The notes under the pieces: model-generated
Seen by the model: only the letters and a program-made list of their open reading frames with translations
The model's database searches: none
What the model was told of the DNA's origin: nothing
Made by a program: the position numbers and the translations under genes
NCBI GenBank assembly: GCA_910584145.1
Contig: CAJTXX010000004.1
Span: 10,801-74,800, forward strand
Direction: 5' to 3'
Length of the DNA: 64,000 bases
Source: an uncultured Eggerthellaceae bacterium
GTDB lineage: Bacteria; Actinomycetota; Coriobacteriia; Coriobacteriales; Eggerthellaceae
Shown here: one piece after another, positions 26,478 to 35,582 of the stretch
How positions within the stretch are numbered: the stretch's first letter is position 1
Layout: the number at the start of each line of letters is the position of its first letter

Positions 26478-26648
26478 TGCAGCGCTGTCAGCGGGGTTGA
26501 GGCGCTACTAGGCGCAAAGCGCGCCATCGGCCCGGGCTCGATAGCCTGCGGGCTCCCCGCAGCGATGCAGGCGATAGCTCGGCCGGCTCGACCGGCTGGC
26601 ATCTGCATGTGCGCTTCTGATGGACCGCTTCTCCTCGTTCCGCATTTT

Positions 26649-26683
26649 GTATGATATCGTACTAATATAGTATGAAATCATAC
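26649..26683. promoter_or_regulatory. 35-nt near-palindrome upstream of marR (candidate MarR operator and promoter region)
   Basis: In gtatgatatcgtactaatatagtatgaaatcatac, 14 of 17 positions are complementary about the centre. It is AT-rich and ends 1 nt before the AAGGAGG of marR (start at 26697). Confidence 0.45.
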
Positions 26684-26696
26684 CAAGGAGGCGAAG

Positions 26697-27125
26697 GTGG
26701 CGACAGAGGACGCAGCGCGTGCCATGAATCTGTTCTACGAGGAGCTGAATGCCCTCTATAGCGACATAGCCAAGCGATCGGGCCTGTCGGGCAGCGCGTT
26801 CGATATCCTGTATGCGCTCCATGAGGAAGACGGGCGCCGCATGGTCGACCTATGCCGCGCCAGCTTCATGTCGAAGCAGACGCTGGCCTCGTCGGTGCGG
26901 CGGCTCGAGGAGCAGGGGCTCGTGCGCACCGAGGCGCGCAGCCGCCGGTTCGTCCGCGTGTTCCTGACCGATCAGGGCCGCGCTCAGGTGGAGGCGGCCA
27001 TCGTGCCCATCGCGCGGGCCGAAACGCGCGCCCTCGAGCGCCTCAGCCCTGCCGAGCAGCGGGCCATCCCGGAATTGATAGCGCACTACCTAGAGGCGCT
27101 GCGCGCCGAGTTCGGGCAGCTCTGA
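26697..27125 (+). CDS. MarR family transcriptional regulator
   Basis: 142 aa with a winged-HTH MarR pattern (LSGSAFDILYAL..., QTLASSVRRLEEQGLVR). It lies directly upstream of the MATE pump. Confidence 0.85.
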   Translation: MATEDAARAMNLFYEELNALYSDIAKRSGLSGSAFDILYALHEEDGRRMVDLCRASFMSKQTLASSVRRLEEQGLVRTEARSRRFVRVFLTDQGRAQVEAAIVPIARAETRALERLSPAEQRAIPELIAHYLEALRAEFGQL

Positions 27126-27162
27126 GCCGCCTCCGCTCCGCGATGATAGATAAGGACGATAT

Positions 27163-28578
27163 ATGCTCAAGGATATGAACCGGCATTTCAGCATGGGCGA
27201 CCTCCTGCGGTTCACGCTGCCCACCATAGCGATGATGATATTCACGTCGCTGTACACGGTGGTCGATGGCATCTTCGTGTCGAACTTCATCGGCAAGACG
27301 GCGCTGGCAGCGGTGAACATCATCTGGCCGGTGGTGATGGTGTTCGCCTCGGTGGGGCTGATGATGGGCGCCGGCGGCAGCGCGCTCATCGCCAAGACGC
27401 GCGGCGAGGGCGATGACGCGCGCGCCAACCGCTACTTCACCATGTGCATCATCTTCGCTGCGGCGTTGGGGCTCGTGCTCGGCATCGTGGGGCAGGTGGT
27501 GATGGAGCCGCTCGTGCGGATGCTGGGCGCACAGGGGCAGCTGCTGGACGATTCGATCGTGTACGGGCGCTGGGTCATGGCGGCGCTGCCGTTGTTCGTG
27601 CTCCAATTCGCCTTCCAGACGCTGTTCTCCACTGCGGGCAAGCCGACGCTCGGGTTCGTGGTCGTCGTGGCGGCGGGGCTCACGAACGTGGTGCTCGATG
27701 CGCTGTTCATCTGCGGGTTCGGTTGGGGCGTGGCGGGTGGCGCCATCGCCACGGCGCTCGGGCAGGTGGTGGGCGGCGCGGTACCCATCATCTACTTCGC
27801 GCGCAAGCGCAACGCGAGCTTCCTGCGCCTGGTGCCGACGCGCCTCGAGTGGCGTCCGCTGGGGAAGGCGTGCGTGAACGGCTCGTCGGAGCTCGTGTCG
27901 AACATCGCCATGAGCTTGGTGGCCACGCTGTACAACTACCAGCTGCTGGCCTATATCGGCGAGGACGGCGTGGCGGCCTACAGCGTGATCGGGTACACCG
28001 CCATGATCTTCTCGGCCATATTCATGGGATATGCGTTGGGGTCATCGCCGCTCATGAGCTATCAGTATGGCGCGCGCGATCACCGCGAGATGCGCAGCAT
28101 CCTCATGAAGAGCTTGGGGTTCATCGGGGCGGTGGCCGTGCTCATGTTCGCCGCGGCAGAGGCGCTGGCGCCGGCGTTGTCTGCTATCTTCGTCAGCTAC
28201 GATCCGGAGCTGCTTGCGTTCACCGCGCAAGCATATCGGATCTATGCGGTCGCCTTCCTCATCATGGGGCTGCCGATCTACGGGTCGGCGTTCTTCACCG
28301 CGCTGAACAACGGGCTCGTCTCGGCGCTGATAGCGTTCCTGCGAACCATCGTCTTCGAGTGCGGAGCGGTCATGCTGCTGCCGCTCGTGCTCGGGATCGA
28401 TGGGGTCTGGTTGTCGGTGTCGGTGGCGGAGCTGTGCGCCGCGATCCTGGCAGTCGCTTTCATGGTGGGGCTTCGCAACCGTTATGGCTATAGCAAGAAG
28501 GCAGCGCTGGCTGACGGCGCTCTGAGCGGTCGACCGCATCCGCACCAGAGCTCGCCGGCAGACGGCGCCGAGGAGTGA
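27163..28578 (+). CDS. MATE family efflux transporter
   Basis: 471 aa, 12-TM, with an N-terminus (LLRFTLPTIAMMIFTSLYTVVDGIFVSNFIGKTALAAV) typical of MATE/NorM. Confidence 0.9.
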   Translation: MLKDMNRHFSMGDLLRFTLPTIAMMIFTSLYTVVDGIFVSNFIGKTALAAVNIIWPVVMVFASVGLMMGAGGSALIAKTRGEGDDARANRYFTMCIIFAAALGLVLGIVGQVVMEPLVRMLGAQGQLLDDSIVYGRWVMAALPLFVLQFAFQTLFSTAGKPTLGFVVVVAAGLTNVVLDALFICGFGWGVAGGAIATALGQVVGGAVPIIYFARKRNASFLRLVPTRLEWRPLGKACVNGSSELVSNIAMSLVATLYNYQLLAYIGEDGVAAYSVIGYTAMIFSAIFMGYALGSSPLMSYQYGARDHREMRSILMKSLGFIGAVAVLMFAAAEALAPALSAIFVSYDPELLAFTAQAYRIYAVAFLIMGLPIYGSAFFTALNNGLVSALIAFLRTIVFECGAVMLLPLVLGIDGVWLSVSVAELCAAILAVAFMVGLRNRYGYSKKAALADGALSGRPHPHQSSPADGAEE

Positions 28579-28585
28579 GGGAGCC

Positions 28586-28891
28586 CTACGACGCTGCTCG
28601 CACCGCTTCGCAGGCGCAGGCAGCATCGGCGGCATCGAGGCGGCGGTTGCGCAGGTACACGGCCCAGTTGATGCCGAGGCAGGCGAGGTTCACGAAGTAC
28701 ACCACCAGCACCCAGGAGACGGCGCCCGCGATGAGCTTCGCGGCGATGCCCGCCACGTAGCCGGCGGTTATGAGCGCGATGAACTGCCAGCTCGTGCCGG
28801 CGGCGGTGCGCGCGTGGAAGCTCTTGTAGGCGTTCAGGGGCCACGACAGCCCGAAGCACAGGAGCATGGTCGCTTCCAGTATCTCTGCCAT
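28586..28891 (-). CDS. Small 3-TM membrane protein, possibly PQ-loop/SemiSWEET-like
   Basis: 101 aa, three hydrophobic helices, with a WPLNAYKSF motif after TM1 resembling the PQ-loop position. The assignment is tentative. Confidence 0.4.
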   Translation of the reverse strand: MAEILEATMLLCFGLSWPLNAYKSFHARTAAGTSWQFIALITAGYVAGIAAKLIAGAVSWVLVVYFVNLACLGINWAVYLRNRRLDAADAACACEAVRAAS

Positions 28892-28963
28892 GATAGGCGC
28901 TTCCTCTCAGACGGCGGAATGGGATGCTTCCAAGCCTAGCCGTTCGAGCCATAATGTCCAATA

Positions 28964-28986
28964 ATAGATATCTATGCGATTGATAG
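28964..28986. promoter_or_regulatory. Candidate LysR-type box in a divergent promoter region
   Basis: It has the perfect palindrome atagatatctat (28964-28975), overlapping CTAT-N7-ATAG (T-N11-A) at 28972-28986. This lies 49 nt upstream of the lysR-family gene start. Confidence 0.4.
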
Positions 28987-29034
28987 CATAGAGGTATCGT
29001 TTCTGAAGAGGATGCAGGAGGGGGAGAGAGGCGC

Positions 29035-29964
29035 ATGGATGCTCTGCGATTGCGCTATTTCTGCGACGTGGCTCAGACGGAGCATATGACGCGCAGCGCG
29101 CAGCGCCTGAATGTGGCGCAGCCCGCTCTGACGCGCGCCATCCATCAGCTGGAGCGGGAGCTGGGCGTTGCGCTGTTCGAGCATGTGGGCCGCAATATAC
29201 GGCTGACGCCCGAAGGCGCCTACCTGCGCGAGCAGGTAGCGCCGCTGCTCGATCGGCTCGACGGTATCCCCGATGATGTGCGGGCTTTCGCGGGCGTGCG
29301 CTCGCAGGTGGTGCGCGCTGACGTGCGCTCGGCCTCGAGCGTGGTGGTGGATGCCATAGCCGCCTTCGCGAAGGAGCACAGCGGCATCACCTTCGAGATG
29401 ACGCAGGAGGCGTCACCGGGCAGGTGGGATGTCCGCGTGGATACGGTGCTGCCCGACGCGCCGCGAACGGCCGGGGAGCGTCTCGCCGAGCGCACGCTGT
29501 TCAGCGAGGCTATCGGCGTGGCAGTGCCGCGTGAGAGCCCCTATGAGGACGGCATCCCGCTCTCGGTGCTGGCGGGTGAGCGCTTCATCTGCTTGGCGGG
29601 GTCGCGGCGGTTCCGCAGCCTGTGCGATGCGCTGTGCGCGAGCCGCGGGTTCGCGCCTGCCGTCGCCTTCGATAGCGACAGCCCTGCGGTGGTGAAGAAG
29701 ATGATCGCGCTGGGGCTCGGCGTGGGCTTCTGGCCCGAGCGGAGCTGGGGCGCGCTCGCGGGCAGCGGTGCGCGATGGGTGCGCCTCGCGGAGGCGGGCT
29801 TCGAGCGCACGCTCGCCGTGATGCTCGCCGAGCGCGCAGGGAGCGAGGGCGCTGCGGCGGTCTTCTATCGCTTCCTCGCAGACGACATGGCGCGCATCTG
29901 GGGCGCGCCCGATCTGTGCGACAATGCAGGCATGACGATGGACGGAGGCCGCTATGGTGCATGA
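29035..29964 (+). CDS. LysR family transcriptional regulator
   Basis: MDALRLRYFCDVAQTEHMTRSAQRLNVAQPALTRAIHQLERELG is a canonical LTTR HTH, followed by a substrate-binding domain. Confidence 0.9.
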   Translation: MDALRLRYFCDVAQTEHMTRSAQRLNVAQPALTRAIHQLERELGVALFEHVGRNIRLTPEGAYLREQVAPLLDRLDGIPDDVRAFAGVRSQVVRADVRSASSVVVDAIAAFAKEHSGITFEMTQEASPGRWDVRVDTVLPDAPRTAGERLAERTLFSEAIGVAVPRESPYEDGIPLSVLAGERFICLAGSRRFRSLCDALCASRGFAPAVAFDSDSPAVVKKMIALGLGVGFWPERSWGALAGSGARWVRLAEAGFERTLAVMLAERAGSEGAAAVFYRFLADDMARIWGAPDLCDNAGMTMDGGRYGA

Positions 29965-30304
29965 GGTAACAGACGATAGCTTCCAGGCAGAGGTGGTGGA
30001 CAGCCCCCTGCCGTGCGTGGTGGAGTTCACCGCGAGCTGGTGCGCGCCGTGCAAGGAGATGGCGCCCGCATTCGAGGCGCTGTCCGACAAGCTCGCCGAC
30101 GAGGTGCGGTTCTGCCGCGTCGATATCGACGCGCAACGGGCGCTGCGCATCAAGTTCGCTGTGGCGGCCATCCCCTATACGGTGTTCATCGCCGACGGCC
30201 AGAGGACGCCGCTGTTCGACCAGATCGTCTCAGCCGAGCGCCTCGAAGAGCGCATCCGCTTCATGCTGGATGGCGGCACCGCCCCCAACACGAGGCCGTT
30301 GTAG
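29954..30304 (+). CDS. Thioredoxin
   Basis: 116 aa with the active site WCAPC (FTASWCAPCKEMAP). It overlaps the lysR-family gene end by 11 nt. Confidence 0.85.
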   Translation: MVHEVTDDSFQAEVVDSPLPCVVEFTASWCAPCKEMAPAFEALSDKLADEVRFCRVDIDAQRALRIKFAVAAIPYTVFIADGQRTPLFDQIVSAERLEERIRFMLDGGTAPNTRPL

Positions 30305-30414
30305 CGGCAGGATAGACGCCTGAAGAGCGTGCTCCTGTCGCCTCGTCCCTGCTTTAGAGCTTGCTCTGCTGATAAACTGGAAAGCGCAGATAAGGGCGCT
30401 CGAAGGGACGGGGC

Positions 30415-33093
30415 ATGAGCGTATTCGATGGCGCATGGCGCTTCCGGGGAACGTGGCGCGGCTACCAGCAGCGGGTGCTCGATGAGGCTCGCGACCATCT
30501 GGCCGATGGCAAGGCGCATATCGTGGCGGCACCGGGCTCGGGCAAGACGACGTTGGGCATCGAGCTCATCCGGCGCCTCGGCATGCGCTGCCTCGTGCTC
30601 TCTCCTACGATAACGATCCGCCAGCAATGGCTCTCGCGGGTGCAGGAGGATTTCCTCGACCCGGCCGCTGACTCGAGCATGTGGCTCTCGGATGATCTAG
30701 GCCACCCGCGCCCGATGACCTCCATCACCTATCAGGCGCTCTATCATGCCATGAAGGGCGAGGGTGGCGAAGGCGCTTCCGACGGAGCGAACGAGTCCGC
30801 CGCGCCTGCGGGCGACGACCGTCGCGATGCCGTCATCGCCGCGCTGCGCGATGCGGGCATCGGCACCCTCTGCCTCGACGAGGCGCATCACCTGCGCACC
30901 GAATGGCATCGCGCTGTCATGGATGTTCTGGAAGCGTTGCCGCATCTGAAGGTGGTGGCGCTCACCGCAACGCCGCCCTACGACAGCACGCCGGCGCAGT
31001 GGGCGCGCTATCAGGAGCTGTGCGGCCCGATCGACGCGGAGATATCCGTGCCGGAGCTCGTGTGCGAGAAGAGCCTGTGCCCCCATCAGGACTACATCCT
31101 CCTCAGCATGCCCGCGCTCGGGGAGTGCCAGGCCCTCCTCGATTCGTTCGACGCAGCGTGGGACTTCCTCGACGAGCTCAGCGTCGACGCGCGCTTCATC
31201 AACTGGCTGAGGGACCACCCGGGCCTCAACGACCCGCTCGGGCACAGCGACGAGCTGCTCGACGAGCCTGACGGCTTCACCGCGCTGCTGGTATTCGCCC
31301 AAGCCATCTTCGGCTCTGTGCCGCCTGCCGCCCGCAGGCTCATCGGGCGCCGGGGGAAGATGCCCGAACCGTCGCTCGTCTGGTTCGAAGCGCTCCTCCA
31401 AGGCATGCTCTTCAGCGAGGCTCCGTCCTTCGCGGTCGATGAGGAGCTGCGCGGATATGTCGCCGCCCGCGTGGGCGCGATCGGTGGTATCGTGCGCGGG
31501 AGGGTCGACCTCACGACCGATGAGAGAGCGAGAAAGGCGCTCGCCGCCAGCCGCAGCAAGCTTTTGAGCGTGGCGCGCATCGTCGATGCGGAATACCGCT
31601 CGCTCGGCCGAAGCCTTCGGCTGCTCGTGCTGTGCGACCACATCAAGAAGGAGGCGCTGGGTGCGGTGGGCGATGCTGGCGCGCATCTGCTCTCGCTCGG
31701 TGCGGTCCCGCTGTTCGAGGTCATCCGCCGCATGGGCATAGCAGGTGTGCGCCTCGGTATGATCTGCGGGAGCATGGTCATCGCGCCAGCCGCCGCCGCA
31801 CAGGAGCTGCAACAGGCATGCGCTCTCTCAGCGCCGCCGAAGCCATTGGGCGATGCTGATTACGCCATGCTGCCCATGCCCGCCGAAGCGCATGGCATGG
31901 TCGCGGCGATGACGGCCCTGTTCGACCGCGGCATCGTGAACGTGCTCGTGGGCACGAAGGCGCTCTTGGGTGAAGGGTGGGATGCGCCATGCGTCAACAC
32001 GCTCGTGCTGGCGACGCATGTGGGGTCGTTCATGCAGAGCAATCAGATGCGCGGCCGCGCCATCCGCATGCAGCGGGGCAATCCTACCAAGGCGAGCAAC
32101 ATCTGGCATCTCGCCTGCATCCCGCCTGCGACATGGCGGGGATGGGGAGCGTCAGCGCATCTCGGCGGCGACTTCGAGATGCTAGAGCGGCGCTTCGACA
32201 CGTTCCTCGGCATCTCCTATGCCGACGACCTCATCGTGAGCGGTCTGAATCGGCTCGATATGCCGAGCTCGATAGCTTCTCCCCTCGATATGGAGGCGGC
32301 GAATGAGCGCACGTTCGAGCGTGCCGCCAGCCGCAGCGAGCTGGCGGAGAAGTGGGAGCGGTCACTCGCGGTAGCCGGCCCGCACCTGCGCGTGGAAGAG
32401 GCGGTGGGTGAGCCTCGGGGCGGCGACCCGTTGCGCTTCGCGTTCGCCAACCATCTGCTCCTCGGGTTGCTCGGCTTCGGCGCGTTCGTTCTATCCAGCA
32501 TCTGGGAGATCATGCTCGATCTGGGGAGCCAAGGTGCGATGACGTCCGACATGCTCATAGCCGGCTTCGCCATGATATGCTCGCTCGCCGTGGTGACGGT
32601 ATGCGCTTATCGGGTCATCGATCTGCTCACGCCTGGGCGTCGCCTGCGCCGGGTAGCGGCTGCGGTGGTGCAGGCGCTGAAGCTGGGTGGGAAGCTCGAC
32701 CGCCCCGCGGAGGCATCGCTCGGCTACAGCAGCGCGCTACCGGGCTGTGCGAGCGTGCATCTCGAAGGCGGCTCCTTGCGCGACAAAGCCCTGTTCGCCA
32801 ACGCGATGGAAGAGCTCCTCGGCCCGGTGGGCAACCCGCGCTATCTTCTCAAGCGCGCCGGGCTCCGGCCCTTCTTCGACACGTTCTCCGTGCCGAGCGC
32901 ATTCGGCGGTTGCAAGGCGGATGCCGAGCTGTTCAGGCGCATCGTCGGCCGCGCGCTCGGCCGCTATCGGCTCGTCTATACCCGCATGCCCGAGGGAAGG
33001 CGCACGCTGCTCAAAGCGCGTTGGAGGTCGTTCGGCACGGTGAACCAGAAGCTGCTCACCCGCATCAGGTTCGCCAAAGGCTCCTTCACCTGA
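30415..33093 (+). CDS. SF2 (DEAH-box, ResIII-like) helicase with an internal two-helix hydrophobic hairpin in the C-terminal region
   Basis: Motif I is AAPGSGKT, motif II is CLDEAHHL, motif III is LTATP and motif VI is QMRGRAIR. Residues ~676-736 contain HLLLGLLGFGAFVLSSIWEIML and MLIAGFAMICSLAVVTVCAYRVI. Confidence 0.8.
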   Translation: MSVFDGAWRFRGTWRGYQQRVLDEARDHLADGKAHIVAAPGSGKTTLGIELIRRLGMRCLVLSPTITIRQQWLSRVQEDFLDPAADSSMWLSDDLGHPRPMTSITYQALYHAMKGEGGEGASDGANESAAPAGDDRRDAVIAALRDAGIGTLCLDEAHHLRTEWHRAVMDVLEALPHLKVVALTATPPYDSTPAQWARYQELCGPIDAEISVPELVCEKSLCPHQDYILLSMPALGECQALLDSFDAAWDFLDELSVDARFINWLRDHPGLNDPLGHSDELLDEPDGFTALLVFAQAIFGSVPPAARRLIGRRGKMPEPSLVWFEALLQGMLFSEAPSFAVDEELRGYVAARVGAIGGIVRGRVDLTTDERARKALAASRSKLLSVARIVDAEYRSLGRSLRLLVLCDHIKKEALGAVGDAGAHLLSLGAVPLFEVIRRMGIAGVRLGMICGSMVIAPAAAAQELQQACALSAPPKPLGDADYAMLPMPAEAHGMVAAMTALFDRGIVNVLVGTKALLGEGWDAPCVNTLVLATHVGSFMQSNQMRGRAIRMQRGNPTKASNIWHLACIPPATWRGWGASAHLGGDFEMLERRFDTFLGISYADDLIVSGLNRLDMPSSIASPLDMEAANERTFERAASRSELAEKWERSLAVAGPHLRVEEAVGEPRGGDPLRFAFANHLLLGLLGFGAFVLSSIWEIMLDLGSQGAMTSDMLIAGFAMICSLAVVTVCAYRVIDLLTPGRRLRRVAAAVVQALKLGGKLDRPAEASLGYSSALPGCASVHLEGGSLRDKALFANAMEELLGPVGNPRYLLKRAGLRPFFDTFSVPSAFGGCKADAELFRRIVGRALGRYRLVYTRMPEGRRTLLKARWRSFGTVNQKLLTRIRFAKGSFT

Positions 33094-33110
33094 TGCGGTG
33101 GGCGCTCTGC

Positions 33111-33902
33111 TCAGCGGAGGGCGGGATCGAGGAAGTAGCCTTCGGCCGAGAAGCGCTTGCGGAAGGCGAGGAAGCTTATCATCACGATGGCGAGCGTGGT
33201 GGCGGCTGACATCATCAGCAGCACGACGATCTGGTACTTCGCGGCTATCACAGGGTCGGCACCGGCTAGTATCTGACCGCTCATCATGCCCGGTATCTGC
33301 ACGATGCCGGCGGCGCACATGGTGGAGAGCGTCGGCAGGATGCCGGCGCCTACTGCGGCGCGTATGGAAGGCAGCGCGGCTTCGCGCGGCGTGGCGCCGA
33401 GCGCGATGAGCGAGAACATCTCGTCGGCGCGGCTGTCCATGTCGGCGAAGAGGCGGTCGATGGCAACGGCGGTGGCGGACATGGTGTTCCCGAGCGCCAT
33501 GCCGGCGATGGGCAGCAGCTGCCGCGCGCTGTACCAGGGGTCGGGCTGGATGACGCCCTCTACCACGATGAACGCGATGACCATCGACGAGACGAGCAGC
33601 GACGCGAATATGGAGGGCCACAAGCCCTGCACCTGCTGCTTCACGCGGCTCACGGCTATCTGGGCCGCGCAGATGGCCATGATGAGCAGCACGAGCAGCA
33701 CGAGCCACCAGCTCTGGTAGCGGAACAGGTAGATCAGCAGGAAGCCCATCGCCAGCAGCTGCACGAACGCGCGCAGCGCCGAGGTGATGATGTTCTTCTC
33801 TTGCCCCAGCGCGAGCTTCCACGACACGAAGCCCGCCACCAGCATGAGCGCGCTGGCGGCGAAGAGCTCGGGGTAGCCTATGTCGATGACGCCGCCATCC
33901 AT
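33111..33902 (-). CDS. fetB: ABC transporter permease, UPF0014 / FetB (YbbM) family
   Basis: 263 aa from ATG at 33902 (MDGGVIDIGYPELFAASALML...), multi-TM. The ATGA overlap with the upstream ATPase gene supports this start rather than the 411-aa ORF. Confidence 0.75.
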   Translation of the reverse strand: MDGGVIDIGYPELFAASALMLVAGFVSWKLALGQEKNIITSALRAFVQLLAMGFLLIYLFRYQSWWLVLLVLLIMAICAAQIAVSRVKQQVQGLWPSIFASLLVSSMVIAFIVVEGVIQPDPWYSARQLLPIAGMALGNTMSATAVAIDRLFADMDSRADEMFSLIALGATPREAALPSIRAAVGAGILPTLSTMCAAGIVQIPGMMSGQILAGADPVIAAKYQIVVLLMMSAATTLAIVMISFLAFRKRFSAEGYFLDPALR

Positions 33903-34579
33903 CAGGCGCCTCCCTTCGCCGGCAGCGCGGAGAGCCGCCCGGCTTCCAGATGGTATATGGTCGAGGCGCGCCCGTCGGGCGGCCGGTGCCTGATGCGCAG
34001 GCAGGTGGTGCGCGCATCTGCTAGGGAGGCGGTCAGGTCGCCCACGGCCTGCGCCGAGGCGTCGTCGAGCGCGGCGTCCACCTCGTCGAGCAGCAGCACC
34101 GCGGGTCTGGTGGCGAATGCGCGCACGAGCGCCACGCGTGCTGCTTGGCCGCCGGAGAGCTTCGCCGCATCGCGGTCGAGGCCCGCATCGAGCGCGGCGG
34201 CAGCGAGCAGCTCCTCGAGCTCGGCATCGGAGGGTGCGGGCCGGTCGCGGTTCACCTTGAGCGTCCAGGGGAGCAGCAGGTTGTCGCGGATGGTGCCGGG
34301 CACGAGGCTCGCGCGCTGGGGCACCAGGCAGACGCGCCGCCGCCATTCCTGGCAGGTGAAGCCGCTGCTCTCGGCGTCATCCAGCAGCAGCCGCCCGCGC
34401 TCGATGGGCATCATGCGGGCGCAAGCGCGCAGGAGCATCGACTTGCCCGCGCCCGATGGCCCGGTCAGATCGTAGATGCGCCCGGCTTCCAGGCAGAAGG
34501 AGATATCGGCGAGCCGTGTTGCCGACCCATCGGTGCCCTCGTAGGCGACCGTCAAACCTTGAACCTCGAAAAGCGGCAT
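33902..34579 (-). CDS. fetA: ABC transporter ATP-binding protein, FetA (YbbL) family
   Basis: Walker A is GPSGAGKS, the signature is LSGGQ and Walker B is LLLDE. Confidence 0.85.
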   Translation of the reverse strand: MPLFEVQGLTVAYEGTDGSATRLADISFCLEAGRIYDLTGPSGAGKSMLLRACARMMPIERGRLLLDDAESSGFTCQEWRRRVCLVPQRASLVPGTIRDNLLLPWTLKVNRDRPAPSDAELEELLAAAALDAGLDRDAAKLSGGQAARVALVRAFATRPAVLLLDEVDAALDDASAQAVGDLTASLADARTTCLRIRHRPPDGRASTIYHLEAGRLSALPAKGGA

Positions 34580-34649
34580 GGCTCCCTTCCTGACCTTTCG
34601 GTGCGCTGCGGCCAGCAGAGCGCTGGCGATTATGTTCTAATGGCACATT

Positions 34650-35546
34650 ATGGCAAAGACTTCCTTCCAAGTGGTGCGCGACGATGCGCTATGGCCGTGC
34701 GGCGATGTGGATCGCGCGGCGTTCATCGCGCGCGTGTGGGAAGAGGGCGCCGAGCACTACCGCGACCTGCCGTGGCGGGGGATCGATGACGCTTATGCGG
34801 TGCTCGTCTCCGAGGTGATGCTCCAGCAGACGCAGGTGGCGCGGGTGGAGAAGTACTGGTCGCGCTTCTTGGAGGCGTTCCCGACGGTGGGAGCGCTCGC
34901 GGCCGGCAGCGTCGCCGAGGTGCTGGCGCTGTGGCAAGGGCTCGGCTACAACCGCCGCGCGCTCTCGCTGAAACGGGCGGCCGAGCAGGTGGCGGCCGCG
35001 GGCAGCGCGCAGCTCCCCGCGACGTTCGACGGGCTGGTGGCCCTGCCGGGCATCGGGCCCGCCACGGCGGCGGGTGTGATGGCATTCGCCTACGAGCAGC
35101 CGGCGGTGTACGTGGAGACGAACGTGCGCGCCGTGTTCCTGCACGAGCTCTTTCCCGAGGCCGACAAGGTGCCCGATGCCGACCTGCTGCCGTACGTGGC
35201 CGACACGGCTAGCACGACCGATTCGCGCGGCTGGTATTATGCGTTGCTCGACTACGGCGCGGCGTTGAAGCGCAGCGGCATCAACCCCACGCGGGCGAGC
35301 GCCGCCTATAGCCGGCAGTCGGCCTTCGAGGGCTCGCGCCGCCAGAAGCGCGCCGAGCTGGTGCGCATCGCGCTGGCAGCACCGGAGGGCATAGCGGAGG
35401 ACGAGGCGCGTCGCGCGCTCGACGCTGCGGAAGCGGCAGGTGGCCGCGGCCCGGTCGACCCGGCGCTCTTCGATGCTATCGTCGCCGACCTGGTGCGCGA
35501 GGGCTTCCTCGCACGCGATGGCGCCACCCTCGCCGTCTCCGGGTAA
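34650..35546 (+). CDS. HhH-GPD base-excision DNA glycosylase, MutY/Nth-like, but without a Cys cluster
   Basis: LPWRG..DAYAVLVSEVMLQQTQVARVEKYWSRF ... WQGLGYNRRA ... LPGIGPATAAGV. There is no Cys-x6-Cys-x2-Cys-x5-Cys motif downstream. Confidence 0.7.
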   Translation: MAKTSFQVVRDDALWPCGDVDRAAFIARVWEEGAEHYRDLPWRGIDDAYAVLVSEVMLQQTQVARVEKYWSRFLEAFPTVGALAAGSVAEVLALWQGLGYNRRALSLKRAAEQVAAAGSAQLPATFDGLVALPGIGPATAAGVMAFAYEQPAVYVETNVRAVFLHELFPEADKVPDADLLPYVADTASTTDSRGWYYALLDYGAALKRSGINPTRASAAYSRQSAFEGSRRQKRAELVRIALAAPEGIAEDEARRALDAAEAAGGRGPVDPALFDAIVADLVREGFLARDGATLAVSG

Positions 35547-35582
35547 GGCGGATGCCCGCCGCCGCTTGGTATAATCGGGGCT

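Noticed and set aside
33903-34346. The ORF track suggests an N-terminal extension of the FetB-like permease, giving 411 aa.
   Set aside because: The extension is Arg/Ala/Pro-rich and lies entirely within the fetA-like ATPase gene in another frame. The ATGA-coupled start at 33902 gives a normal 263-aa permease.
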